DNA of 63,992 nt, counting the filler, from Octopus bimaculoides (lineage: Eukaryota): assembly GCF_001194135.2 (NCBI RefSeq). It is 6 parts of 6 records of this genome, joined end to end, with 100 filler letters (N's around TTAATTAATTAA, not from the genome) between each part and the next. Parts side by side here need not be neighbours in the genome. Positions count along the whole stretch, not along the records: positions 1 to 16,132 come from NC_068985.1; 5 more parts are not named here. The stretch is one strand, 5' to 3'. The notes beneath the pieces were generated by a model. The model saw nothing but the letters and a program-made list of their open reading frames with translations, had not been told where the DNA came from and made no database searches. The number at the start of each line of letters is the position of its first letter. Position 1 is the stretch's first letter. Of the stretch, positions 1 through 11,750 are shown piece by piece. The position numbers and the translations under genes are program-made.

Positions 1-184
1 ATATATATATATATATATATATATATAGATAGATAGATAGATAGATAGATTATGAGTGATTATTGGAATCTTATATGTATACCATTCTGCCTAAACATTG
101 GATTTACAAATACAATATCTCTACATTCACACTCTATTTCCTATCTTAACTAAACTAACTATTGCTTAATCATCCTCTCACACC

Positions 185-232
185 GCCTCCGATGAAGGGA
201 TATAATAAATATCCTGGAAACAGCTGTAAGAC
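185..232 (+). ncRNA. Degenerate minimal hammerhead ribozyme motif (Penelope/retrozyme type), probably inactive
   Basis: Sequence gcct-CCGATGA-agggatat aataa atatcctg-GAAAC-agct-GTA-agac shows hammerhead topology with a palindromic stem III. The core reads CCGAUGA instead of CUGAUGA, and stems I and II have mismatches. Confidence 0.55.
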
Positions 233-533
233 ATTCTATTTATAAATATTCTATATTATACAGAGCCTCGGTCTTTTATCTCATACATATATATACATAC
301 ATATATACACACACATGTATACATATACACAAACATATATAAATGCATATATACATATGTATATGTACACATACATATATACACACACATATGTACATAT
401 ATATACATATGTATATGTATACATACATATATATAAACACACACACATATATATGAGAATTTTTAAGTGATCTTCTTCTAGCACATTAGCAGTCCACTTA
501 GTGGTCTCTTTTATATACACATATATTCATATA

Positions 534-612
<79 letters not shown>

Positions 613-624
613 GCACATATACAT

Positions 625-920
625 ATATGAGGAGACTCCCTTCGGTCATGAATGACCATGTGATTGCACCTAGAAAGTTACCCTCCGAGGCACAAGTCAG
701 GGCAAAGTTGTTCGTGGAAGGCCAGCAGTTGCCCATGCAAACCAGCCTCCCCTCTCCACACTATTGATGTTATCCAAGGGAAAGACAAAGGCCGATGCAG
801 CTTGGCACCAATGATGTCGCAATTCATTTCTACAGTTGAGTTAACTGGAACAACACAAAATAAAGTGTCTTGCTCAAGAACACAACACGCAGCCCAGTCC
901 AGGAATTGAACTCACAACCT
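625..920 (-). mobile_element. SINE copy (octopus-type)
   Basis: The gtgtcttgctcaagaacacaac...gaactcacaacc end recurs in other SINE copies in the window (for example 41390-41460), and the copy sits next to a microsatellite. Confidence 0.6.
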
Positions 921-2660
921 TATTGGGAAATGTATAACTCACAACCTCATCTGGGAAATGTATAACTGCTGTCATTCACAGAAAAGCTATTGTTTTACCA
1001 CAAGAAAAGTGCTGAAGTGTTAAGTGAAATTTGGCAATCAAGGATCGAATCCATGCTATGCCTGCATGAAGCCACTACAAATACGTTGTGGAATAAAAAA
1101 TTTATCTAGTGTCATGGAAAAAGGGTAACTGTAAAAGTGCAGAATTATCGGAGTAATGGGCATTAAAAAAAGTATGTATGCATAAAAATGTGTGAATGTA
1201 GTCTTTAAGGTTTAAGATTCAAATCAAATAAGTGCAGTAATAATGTTTAGCAGTTCAAAACTCTGAGTAGTGAAATGCAGAATTAGGTCAGCTGATCGTG
1301 AGAATCAAATATTGATTGCTTCGCTTAAAAATGCAGGTGGTATGAGTTATTTCCCTTGGGTTGTTTAAATAAAATATCAGTAATATGTAGTAGATAGAAG
1401 GATCTATTGGAGGGGCCCTATTATTGTTTTTTTTTAACAATCTAAGTATGTCATGAGGTTTCCAGACATGAGTTCTACTCTTGTGTAAAATAAAGTATAA
1501 AGGTAATATAGTCTGCAAAAATTAGAAATTGGACACATGAAAAATCAATATTCAAAGTAATCGAACATAAACAATGAAACCTGTAAAATATTTCTAAATT
1601 CGATGGTTCAATTAGTTTCATGAAAATGTCATATGAACTGTTAATAAGCAATAATTATTACGATTTGTAAAATAAGTATAAGTGATACAGGGTGTCCCAA
1701 CTGAATGTGGTGTTGAAGTTTGGTTTCATTTTTCAAGAATTTTAAGCATTCAAAGTAGGAATTCATTGTATTGGGACACACTTATCAAATACATTCTGGA
1801 ATGAAAAATTTAAATAGTGTCATCATAAAATTTTAACTGGAAAAATGCAGAATTATCAGAGTTATTGGCATTGAAAGTGTGCATGCATCAAGAAAGTGCA
1901 ATAATAAGGTTTATCAGTTCAAAACTGTGAGTAGTGAAATGCAGAATTAGGTCTGCTGATCATGAGAATCAAACATTGATCACTTCGCTGAAAACTACCA
2001 ACTGTAAGTGTAGGTGCTATGGGTTATTTCCCTTGAGTGTTTAAAAAAAATTTAGTTATATGAGGTAGATATAAAGATCCCTTTCCAGGGGCCGTATTAT
2101 TGATTTTTTCAACAATCTAAGTATGTCACAAGGTTTCCAGACAGCATGAGTTCTACTCACATGTTAAGTTTTACCAAAATTAATAAAATGATGTAGGAGT
2201 TAGCTAACAATGCCACAAACAAATTCACACCAATTTTCCACATATGTAGTAGATATACATATATACAAACACACACATATATATACACACACACACATAC
2301 ACTTATATATATATAAACATAAATATATGGATGAAATGCCACATTTTACTGAACATTTTTCTGGCTTGCAGCCTTTGTAGTAATAATAATGATGATGATG
2401 ATGATGATTTCAAATTTTGACACAAGGCTAGCAATTTCGGGGAGGGGGCAAGTTGATTACATCAACCCCAGTACTTAACTGGTACTTATTTTATTGACCC
2501 CAAAAAGATGAAAGGCAAAATCGACTTCGGCAGAATTTGAGCTCAAAACACGAAGACAGACAAAATGCCGCTAAGCATTTCACCTAGCATGCTAACAATT
2601 CTACCAACTCACCGCTTTAATTATACTAATACTAATAATAAAAATAATGATAAAGCTTAC

Positions 2661-2777
2661 CAAATTGGCTGAAAAGCAATGCAACTGATGAATTTGTGAC
2701 AGGAATAGTATTACTTAGTGGAGGTTGCAAAGCTTGTCGATCACCACCACCAATTGAGAAACGGACCTGAGGACCAC
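2661..2777 (-). CDS. Sbf: Sbf (SBF1/SBF2-like, MTMR5/13) coding exon in the DENN domain: (G)GPQVRFSIGGGDRQALQPPLSNTIPVTNSSVALLFSQF(G)
   Basis: Minus strand shows acceptor ttttcttttgcag| and donor TTTG|gtaagc. The exon is 117 nt, phase 1 to 1, matching the upstream exon. The peptide aligns by eye with human SBF1 ...RTISLGAGDRQVIQTP...VALLFRQLG. Confidence 0.93.
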
Positions 2778-2823
2778 CTGCAAAAGAAAATAATCAGAAA
2801 AAAATCACATTTCAAAAAAACTT

Positions 2824-3182
2824 AGGAGTGGCTGTGTGGTAAGTAACTTCAGTCCTACTGCGTGGCACCTTGGGCAAGTGTCTTCTACTATAGCCTCGGG
2901 CCAACCAAAGCCTTGTGAGTGGATTTAGTAGACGGAAACTGAAAGAAGCCCATTGTATATATGTATATATATATGTTTGTGTGTGTGTGTGTGTGTCTGT
3001 CCCCCCAACATTGCTTGACAACCAATGCTGGTGTGTTTACATCCCCGTAACTTAGCAGTTCAGCAAAATAGACCGATAGAATAAATACTAGGCTTACAAA
3101 GAATAAGTCCTGGGGTCGATTTGCTCGACTAAAGGTGGTGCTCCAGCATGGCCACAGTCAAATGACTGAAATAAGTAAAAGA
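2824..3182 (+). mobile_element. tRNA-derived SINE (OK/OR-like octopus family)
   Basis: Starts aggagtggctgtgtggtaag and ends atgactgaaataagtaaaaga. It is colinear with copies at about 10835, 15270 (-), 38080, 52290 and 58960 (-). Confidence 0.85.
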
Positions 3183-4942
3183 GTATGTGTTGTACAATAA
3201 CCTCACAATCATTTTAGTTATCTAGCTTAGCTGAAAGTTGATGTTACAGAATGATTGCAATATCATTGTATTGTAGGTGGATGTAGAAAACTAATTCAAT
3301 AATCACATTTATAACAGGTTTTTGTGTGGTTTACCTTTCCCCTAGTTTAACATCTACCTTTTACATGTTAAAAGGAGTGGGAGATTTTGCAAATTTGCAT
3401 ATTTTTAGAATGAGTTCTGTTTTTCCTATGCTTCATGCTTTTAGTTACTAAGTGAAAATGGAATATGTCTCTCTGCAGACAGACTTAAGTACACAGAAGT
3501 AATACAATTATCAGAAGTCCCACACAACATGTAGTAGCAACTTGTAAACCCATTACCATATTGGTCAATCATCCAACACCAACATTAAATATGCAAATAT
3601 ATAAAAATAAATGTAAAAAATAGTGAAAACATTAAATTAGTCCCATCTATAGACTGTCTATAACAATGTAGTCATCTATATACTACATAAATAAAATAGT
3701 AATCAGTAATTAGTGTGTCTACTAATCAATACAATACTCTTTGACTATATCAAATCATCAAAATAACAAAAATTTTAATTTAAAGTTAAAATCAACTCTG
3801 GTGCTTAAGACTAATTAAAATTAATTCATTCACTCATTTACTTGTGTTAGTAACATTACTGGAAATTCAACTAACAAACACTAGAAAGTTTACAAAGACA
3901 GAAAAGTATAAAATTCAATAACAAAATTATTCACTGTCAAAGCGTGTAGTACTTGCTTGTGGACTGACAATATTATATGACTACCCAATGAGTTTATAAA
4001 GACAGTCTCAAGCTGTATGTAGCATAGCTGATTAAATGATTTCTGGATACATAATTATATTTGCAAAGTAAAATACGTCATGAGTTTATGGTAAAAGATA
4101 CTTAGTTTAGAAGCTATATTAAAATCTTAAAATAATTAGGACAGGTGTAATAGTAACCATTCTGACATCAATCCAACTGAGAGCATCACTGGTTTTATGA
4201 TACAAAACTGCCCAGTATTCATATTGAAATTTGCACCTGTTATTGTCAGAAATTTTTATATTCCTATCACAGGCCTAGTGAGGGCAAATTTACTAACTCA
4301 ATCTAATTAATTATTTTCAGAATTAATTGAAACACATGGACTGTTATTTCATTAAAAATATTACAATGAAATAATTTGTACAGAATAATTTGGACAAGTT
4401 TAACAAAAAGGATTTATCATTCAAGCACTATAAATATTCACATTAAATTAGGCAAACATAAATAAGCTTGTGTTTAGCTGACATTAAGAAAAGAAAAAGT
4501 GAACTTGAGAACAAATGCCATTGCTTATGATAGAGCAACTAACAATGATAATATATAATATTGATTATTTCACTATTCTATAAGATCTGATTAATAAAAA
4601 TGTACTTATCAGGAAAGAGGAGATTCCATGAGGAAGAAATATGGAATATTGTCTTCGTGTATTTATTGAGATAATAGTGTAAAGCTCCACTTACTGAACA
4701 ACTAGAACAATGCGAGATATATTTGATTGCAGAAAATATCTACTTCTGGAAGGTGTAAAAAATCAAGTATCGGAGAATATATAATAGTAAAAAGGAACCA
4801 AAAACATAAATTGAAAACATTATTTTAAAATATATATGTAACTTAAGAAATCAGTGGCTATCAAAAATCAATGGTAAAATAGATTTATAGAGAATCTTAT
4901 ACCTTAGCAGGTGATTTGTATTTAAAAAAAATAAATACTTAC

Positions 4943-5045
4943 CAGAAGGCGGAACATGCACACAGCCCAAAATATTGCCAATTATAGTTTCCAAACTATA
5001 TTGTAAATTTTCAATAAACACAGTATATATGATGCCAAGACAGTT
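4943..5045 (-). CDS. Sbf: Sbf coding exon: NCLGIIYTVFIENLQYSLETIIGNILGCVHVPPS(G)
   Basis: Acceptor ttctttttcag| and donor TCTG|gtaagt. The exon is 103 nt, phase 0 to 1. It resembles human SBF1 [31 protein letters not shown]. It is not in the ORF track. Confidence 0.93.
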
Positions 5046-5191
5046 CTGAAAAAGAATTGAAAAATATCTTCTTTATCTTTTAAATAAAAGGAAGATGTGG
5101 AGTGGAATGGCACCAAAAACAAAAAATCTCTCATAAAAATTTGTTCAAGAAGAATGGATTTAATGGAATAATTTTTATACCAATCTGTTAC

Positions 5192-5449
5192 CTTTAAAGC
5201 CTCAAAGTTATTCATTCGAGAAACAAGCAGGATGGTTTTAGGAGCAAACATCAATGAATGATGCACCAAGCCTGAACCATCTTGTTCTTCCTCTTCATCA
5301 TCTGGTTTGGTGGGTGTCATGGCAACTGCTTCATTGAATGTCATGCATGCACAATAATGTCTGTCAGCATCAATGTCTGTCAACACAGCTGCAAAAAATG
5401 TGGGCTGCAATCTTTGTGTTGATAACTGCCATCCTGCTGGCTGACAAAA
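5192..5449 (-). CDS. Sbf: Sbf coding exon (uDENN/DENN): FCQPAGWQLSTQRLQPTFFAAVLTDIDADRHYCACMTFNE...FAPKTILLVSRMNNFEALK
   Basis: Acceptor ctgttttacag| and donor AAG|gtaaca. The exon is 258 nt, phase 0 to 0. It contains the family motifs FCQP.GW, PTFF.AVLTD and RHYCAC.TF, and overlaps track ORF 4982-5410. Confidence 0.96.
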
Positions 5450-8400
5450 CTGTAAAACAGTGATGAAACAAATTTAGATTAAATTAAAAATTATACAAAA
5501 GTTAATATTTATAAATGACAAATTATTACTTTTAGTAGCAAGCCACATTGGGCTGGACAGTGTTGTCTATCAAGATTTTGTCCAAAAGAACACACAGCTT
5601 GAACAATGTCTTACAGAAAACATTCCAACATGTAGACACTTTCTTAATTTACTAACTTCCCTTTCTATTTAATAAGTATCATAATTGTTTTAACATTCAC
5701 TTTTCCATGCATCCATAGATCAGGTGAAGCGCTTTGAGACAGATATTCTATGGCTGGCTATCTCTTCCTATTGCCAGTCCTTACCTGTTTCCAAGCAAAG
5801 TATTAGCATCTCAAGTCCTTCAGATATGGACAGCTCAATGTGTGGACATATTTTCATGAAAACTTGCAGCATATGATGCCAATTTTGCATGAACTATGTC
5901 TTTGTTTACAAACAGCACATAAATGTCAAGACAAGGACACATGAGTACATGCACACACAACGGGCTTCCTATTCATCCACCAAATTCTCTCAGAAGATTT
6001 TAGTCAATCAGATATCATAGTAGAAGAGACTTCCTCAAAATGCTATGCAATGGAATTGAACCTGAAACCACAGGGTTGTGAAGCAAACTTTTTAATGACA
6101 CAACCATGCCTCACCAATCACAATGAACACAATCCTCACACAGTATCTTTCACTGCTTCCTCATTTTCTAACAGTGTTAGTGTGTTTTGCATCATTAGAT
6201 ATTCAACATAAGTTTTTGTGGTGCTTCTATTCTGCTCTGTGGCACTTCTATTCAACCTAGTTTAAAATCAGGCTGAACAATAGTCTTTCAGTAAATCACC
6301 ATCATTAACACCTCGCTTGCTACTGCCCTCAACACCCTCACACATCTACCATAACTCCTACCCTTGAGCCTCTTCTATATTTCTCTCCATCATTTACTAC
6401 AATCACCTCAATCTTTCCCACTCGCCTGGTCCAAACCATTGTATCATTTCACCTATTCTCTCCACTCCTAATGTCACTCAAAGGCATGTCCCAACACACC
6501 TTTGCCATCATCTTTCCCACTATCATTGTCTTTATCTTACTCTCTAACTCACCCTCCTTTTTTTTCCAACTGGGGTATCCATGTATCTACCCTACACCAA
6601 GACACTTATCAATGAATTTCTATACCTTTAATCTAGTGGAAGCATGTAGCTTGGTGGTTAGGGTGTTGGACTCATGGTCGTAAGATTGTGGTTTCAATTC
6701 CTGGACCTGGTGACGTTTTGTGTTCTTGAACAAAACACTTTAATTCACGTTGCTCCAGTCCAATCAGTGGGCAAAAATGAGTAATCCTGTGACGCACCAG
6801 TGTCCCATCCAATATATACGCCATGGAAACCAGGAAACTGGCCCTTAGGAGTCAGTATGACTCGAGAAGGAAACTTCACCTTGTTTTTATACCTTTAATC
6901 TGACCGTCTGTCACAAATCCACACCCCATCAATATTAATTCCCTACTGCCAGTTGAGGGGTTTATGTCTTGCAACATACTTGGTAACCATGTTATTCATA
7001 CATATAAATGTTTGAAACCTTTCACAACTGTTATTTTCTGATTCCAGAGAGAAAAGTATTAGTTTTGTAGTTTGGTAATAAGACAGGTGTGGAGGAATAT
7101 AAGAGTAGTTCATGCCATGTGAAAAGGTGCCAAAGTAGGGTCAATAGTACCATTGATGACATAATCAGTATCCAGTAGCTAGCCACCAAAATTCTTTTGG
7201 TTTATTCCTCTTTTCCTCACCTATCCACCACAATTACTTCCTGATACTTCCTCCAGTGTTATATAATAGATTTTTATCAATATTTTTCTTTATTTTTACA
7301 GTTTATTGGTCTGTTATCTGAAGATGTAGAAGTTAGTTCCATTTTCCAATGAACAATTTCTGTTCTTAACATTAGAAAACATCCATCAACAAATATAGAT
7401 GGCAAACAAGAATTTAGTTTTCTACATTAACACAGAGAGCACTGTTAGCAATAGGTAGTGGTCAGTAAAACTTAAAGAACAGCATTGAGATGATGTCTTC
7501 TCTATTTCCAGAGGTAATCATTAAGGAATCCACAGTTGGATATCTACCATCAGTCATGTATCTACATATGCATACACACAGAATCACTTCTGTATCCCTC
7601 TCTTTCACACACACACACACACACACACTTTCTTACACAGTCATTACAACACATACAGGGGCAAGCATGGCTGATTGGTTAAGAAATATGATTCCCAGCC
7701 ACATGGTTTTGGGTTCAGTTTCACTACATGGCATCTCAGACAAATGTCTTCTACTATAAAGCCTTGTGAATGCATTTGGTAGACAGAAACTGAAAGAAGC
7801 CCATCATATGTGAGTGTATGTTTGTGTCAACTTGACATTAGCTGATAGTTGTAAATGACTGTCACTTTCATATAAGCTGTGTATTTCATATCCACCATTC
7901 TACAAAAACATGTCTGGCTATGGAAATAGGTGAGGGCTGGCAACTGGAAGGGCATCCATAAGTAGAAAATCTGCCTCAACAAATTCCATGGAGTATGGAA
8001 AAGTGGACATTAAAATGATGATGATGACACTGTCATTTCTATACAACACACATGCGCACGCGTACACACACACCAAATAGAGGAAGAATGAACATGGATA
8101 CAAATTAAAAACAGAGGACTCCCAAGGCCTGCTGTCATTTGAGTAAGACTTTGCACAGTGAGTAGGAAGAGAACAGACAAAGAGCAAATACTGGGTCTGT
8201 AAAAGGTAAATGATGTCTGGATGAACTGATGTAGAATGAAGGGTTTAACTACACCAGAAATACTGCCTGTGGTTGCTAGTTGTATAAAAAGGTAAGAACA
8301 TGAAGCCATTATCACTCTTGGTGTTACACTCAAAGAGAACAATCAAAATTTGTGTTACTGAAGTAAATTTATCTACTTTGGTACCATAAATAGCACTGAA

Positions 8401-9584
8401 AATGGAACCAAGCAGCTGGAAAAAGTGAAGATACCGTTCTTTAAGTTGGAAATGTTTTTTTTTTTTCATTTTTGTTGGGTATTTTTTTCTAGTTTATATT
8501 CCAACACAAATATATTGGAATATAAGCTATAAATAAAATGGTATGGAACTGCATAACAGTGAAATACAGACAATGATAAAATTGTGCTGCAACTGAAAAT
8601 AAATAGGTTAAATATAAGTTATTTAACCTATTGAGACTTTCTTGAAGAGATCTGAATCAGTGGTCGTTGCACACATAGAAAACTTTAAAGAGAATACCTT
8701 TTATCTCTTATCTTGTTTCAGAAGCTAGCATCTAACTACACAGCCATGCTTGCGCTTACGAATAGTGATTTTTAAAAAACATTTTATCATTCAGATAACT
8801 AGTCTACCAAGGAGTAAAGAAGAATAAGATGTGGCTGGAAAGACAGTAGGTAGTGTCCATTTTTATATCCTGATTTGTCAATGAAATATTGATTAAATAA
8901 ATACACACAATAATACATTTACTGTTTGTTGTCAGTAGACTTTTCCCAAAAGGCAAATACACATTCTATTTGTCTTTAGATGAGATAAATCTCTTCCTCT
9001 AACCAATTACTGTCACTTGATCTCTGTAGTTGTATTTCAGACATTTTTTTTTAATAGGCTAACGATCAAAAGAGGAAGGATGATGGCCACTGAAGAATGA
9101 TAGTGGTTAGTTTGAACAATGTTTAGACTAGTGTCTGTGGTGAAATAGTCACTAGGAGTGGATTTGCAGAACCTTGCAATTCAAAGAAAGGATGGATCAA
9201 AGAGTTTAGTGTTTTAGATTGTGAGGCTCACTAGTGGGGTTGTAGAGACAAAGGTAACTATTTGAGAGAATCAGGAGTCAGTTGTAAAAATGAGAGAAGA
9301 AACAGAAGACATCTTGTGTTGCTGAGTTTATCATTGAAATTTGTTGAGATTTGTTGCTCATAATTCAATATTCTTCATTCATCAATTCATCACCCACTGT
9401 CTTTAGCCATCTTTCTTCACAAACTCATATGATACTGACTCTCAATATGAATAGTTTCCAAATATGGAGAAGGGTTTTTATTATAATACTCTTTTAAACT
9501 AATGACCCTCCCCGACATTTAATTAATGATTCAAACTATCTTCTAATAGAAAAGAGACTGCAATAAGGAAAACTATTTAAAATA

Positions 9585-10380
9585 CAAATATTGATATTTC
9601 TAAATCTCTCTACAGGAGACTATGGCAGCGGTACTGGATATTAATAGTTATCGCCAAGCTAACATGGCAGTCTAGGAAAATAGGATGAATGCTGCTGTTG
9701 ATTAGCTCCAAGAGGCCATCGCCACTAGCTAGCTATGTGACGCATGAACTTGTGTCCATTATAACTTTCGAACAGAGGAGGTTAGCAGCTTCCCCTTGCT
9801 GGTCTGGCATCTACAGTCTAGTTTCGGGGTAATTGCCCCTTATCAATGTAGAGTAGCCGAACCCAGCAGGCATCGCTGCTGACCATCTGAAGGATTATTT
9901 ACCTAAATTCAGTGGAATACATCCACTGGTTTTCAAAAATAGAAATATTAATATTTCTAAATCTCTTTACAGGAGACTATGGCAGCGGTACTGGATATTA
10001 AAAGTTATCGCCAAGCTAACATGGCAGTCCAGGAAAATAGGACAAATGCTGCCGTTGATTAGCTCCAAGAGGCCATCGCCTCTAGCTAGCTATGTGGCAC
10101 ACGAACCTGTGTCCATTATAACCTTCAAACAGGGGAGGTCAGCAGCGATGCCTGCTGGGTTCGGCTACTTTACATTGATAAGGGACAATTACCCCAAAAC
10201 TAGTCTGTAGATGCCAGACCAGCAAGGGGAAGCTGCTGACCTCCCCTGTTCGAAGGTTATAATGGACACAGGTTTGTGTGTCATATAGCTAGCTGAGGCA
10301 ATGGCCTCTTGGAGCTAATCAATGGCAGCATTCATCCTATTTTCCTGGACTGACATGTTAGCTTGGCGATAACTATTAAT
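9585..10380. mobile_element. Tandem pair of fold-back MITE copies (about 147-bp inverted arms, 85-bp core)
   Basis: Arm 10000-10146 is the reverse complement of 10232-10378. A truncated direct duplicate, including the flank, lies at 9585-9884. Confidence 0.85.
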
Positions 10381-11183
10381 ATATTTAAAATACTTCATGT
10401 GAAATCTACAGGAATAAATAAATATATCTAAATTCCTGGTACAATATCAAAGTAACTTCCTGTATATGGCAAGTTATACAGCTTTTATATCATTATATCA
10501 AATATATTCAAGGTGCTTCACATTTTAGCCAGCATCTTTTAATTCTCCTCCAATTCTCTAAATTATGACCAGGCCTCAAGGTGTCACTATAACCGAAATG
10601 ACTATTCCATTTCTACCATATAAACTACCAAACTATTGAGAAAGTTATTCAATTAGAATTTACAACATGTTCGAAGTTAAAAGTAAATTATAGCAATATT
10701 CTTAATTCTTAATGTGGAAAAATAATAAAAATAATAACCATGTCATTTAACAAATATATAACAAAGAGACAAAATATATATCAGTTAAGGAAAATCATGC
10801 TTAAGTGTTTAATTGGCACAAGTGTGGCTTATAGGTACAGGCGTGGCTGCATGGTTAGAAGTTTGCTTCTCAGCTACACGATTCTAGGTTCAGTCCCAGT
10901 ATGTGGTACCTTGGGCAAATGCCTTCTATTATAGCCTCTGGCTGACCCAAAGCCTTGTGAGTGGATTTGATAGACAGAAACTGAAAGAGCCCATTGTATA
11001 ATATATGTATATGTGTGTATATTTTTGTGTCTGTCCTCTACCACCACTTGACAATTAGTGTTGGTGCCTTTACATCCATGTAACTTAGTGGTTCAGCAAA
11101 AGAAACCAAGAGCAAGCTGAAACAAGTAAATGATAAAAGATAATGATTCCTTATAGCTTTTTAAGATAAATTCAAGATAAGTT

Positions 11184-11750
11184 AAAGTAGTTGTATGCTG
11201 TCAACTTAACGTGACAGTCCCATTAAGGGAATCATACTACTGCTAGTTAGCCCTAGGAAGCTGCACTGCTTCCTGTCAGCTTTGACACATTTCTTGTGTC
11301 CTTATGTTTACAAGGGGGAGACAAGTACCTCCACCCAGCCAAGTCTGCATCCAGGGACATGTTTCTGAGTTTTTGCTCATCATCAGCCTGGAGTAGCATG
11401 ACTTGCAGGCTGAAGATGCCTGTCAAGCTCTCAGATTTAGAAATGTATCATTTCTAATTTTGTAATCAGTGAATGTGTTTCACTAGAATTATTATGTTTA
11501 TGAGAGCTTGACAGGCATCTTCAGTCAGCAAGTCATGCTACTCCAGGCTGATGACAAGCAAAAACTCAGAAATATGTCCCTGGACGCAGGCTTAGCTGAG
11601 TGGAGGTGCTTGTCTCCCCCTCGTAAACATAAGGACACAGGAAATGTGTCAAGGCTGACAGGAAGCAGTGCAGCTTCCTAAGGCTAAATAGCAGTAGTAT
11701 GATTCCCTTACTGGGACTGTCATGTTAAGTTGACAGCATGCAACTACTTT
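11184..11750. mobile_element. Long fold-back element: 250-bp inverted arms with a 67-bp spacer
   Basis: 11184-11433 (aaagtagttgtatgctgtcaac...caagctctca) is a close reverse complement of 11501-11750 (tgagagcttg...gcatgcaactacttt). Confidence 0.9.

Noticed and set aside
256-767. Track ORFs rich in Y/I/C/V/H/T (also at 16-17, 19.5-20, 25.5-26.4, 48.6, 53-54 and 57.5 kb)
   Set aside because: They are translations of (TA)n, (CA)n and (TATG)n microsatellites that lack stops. There is no coding signal.
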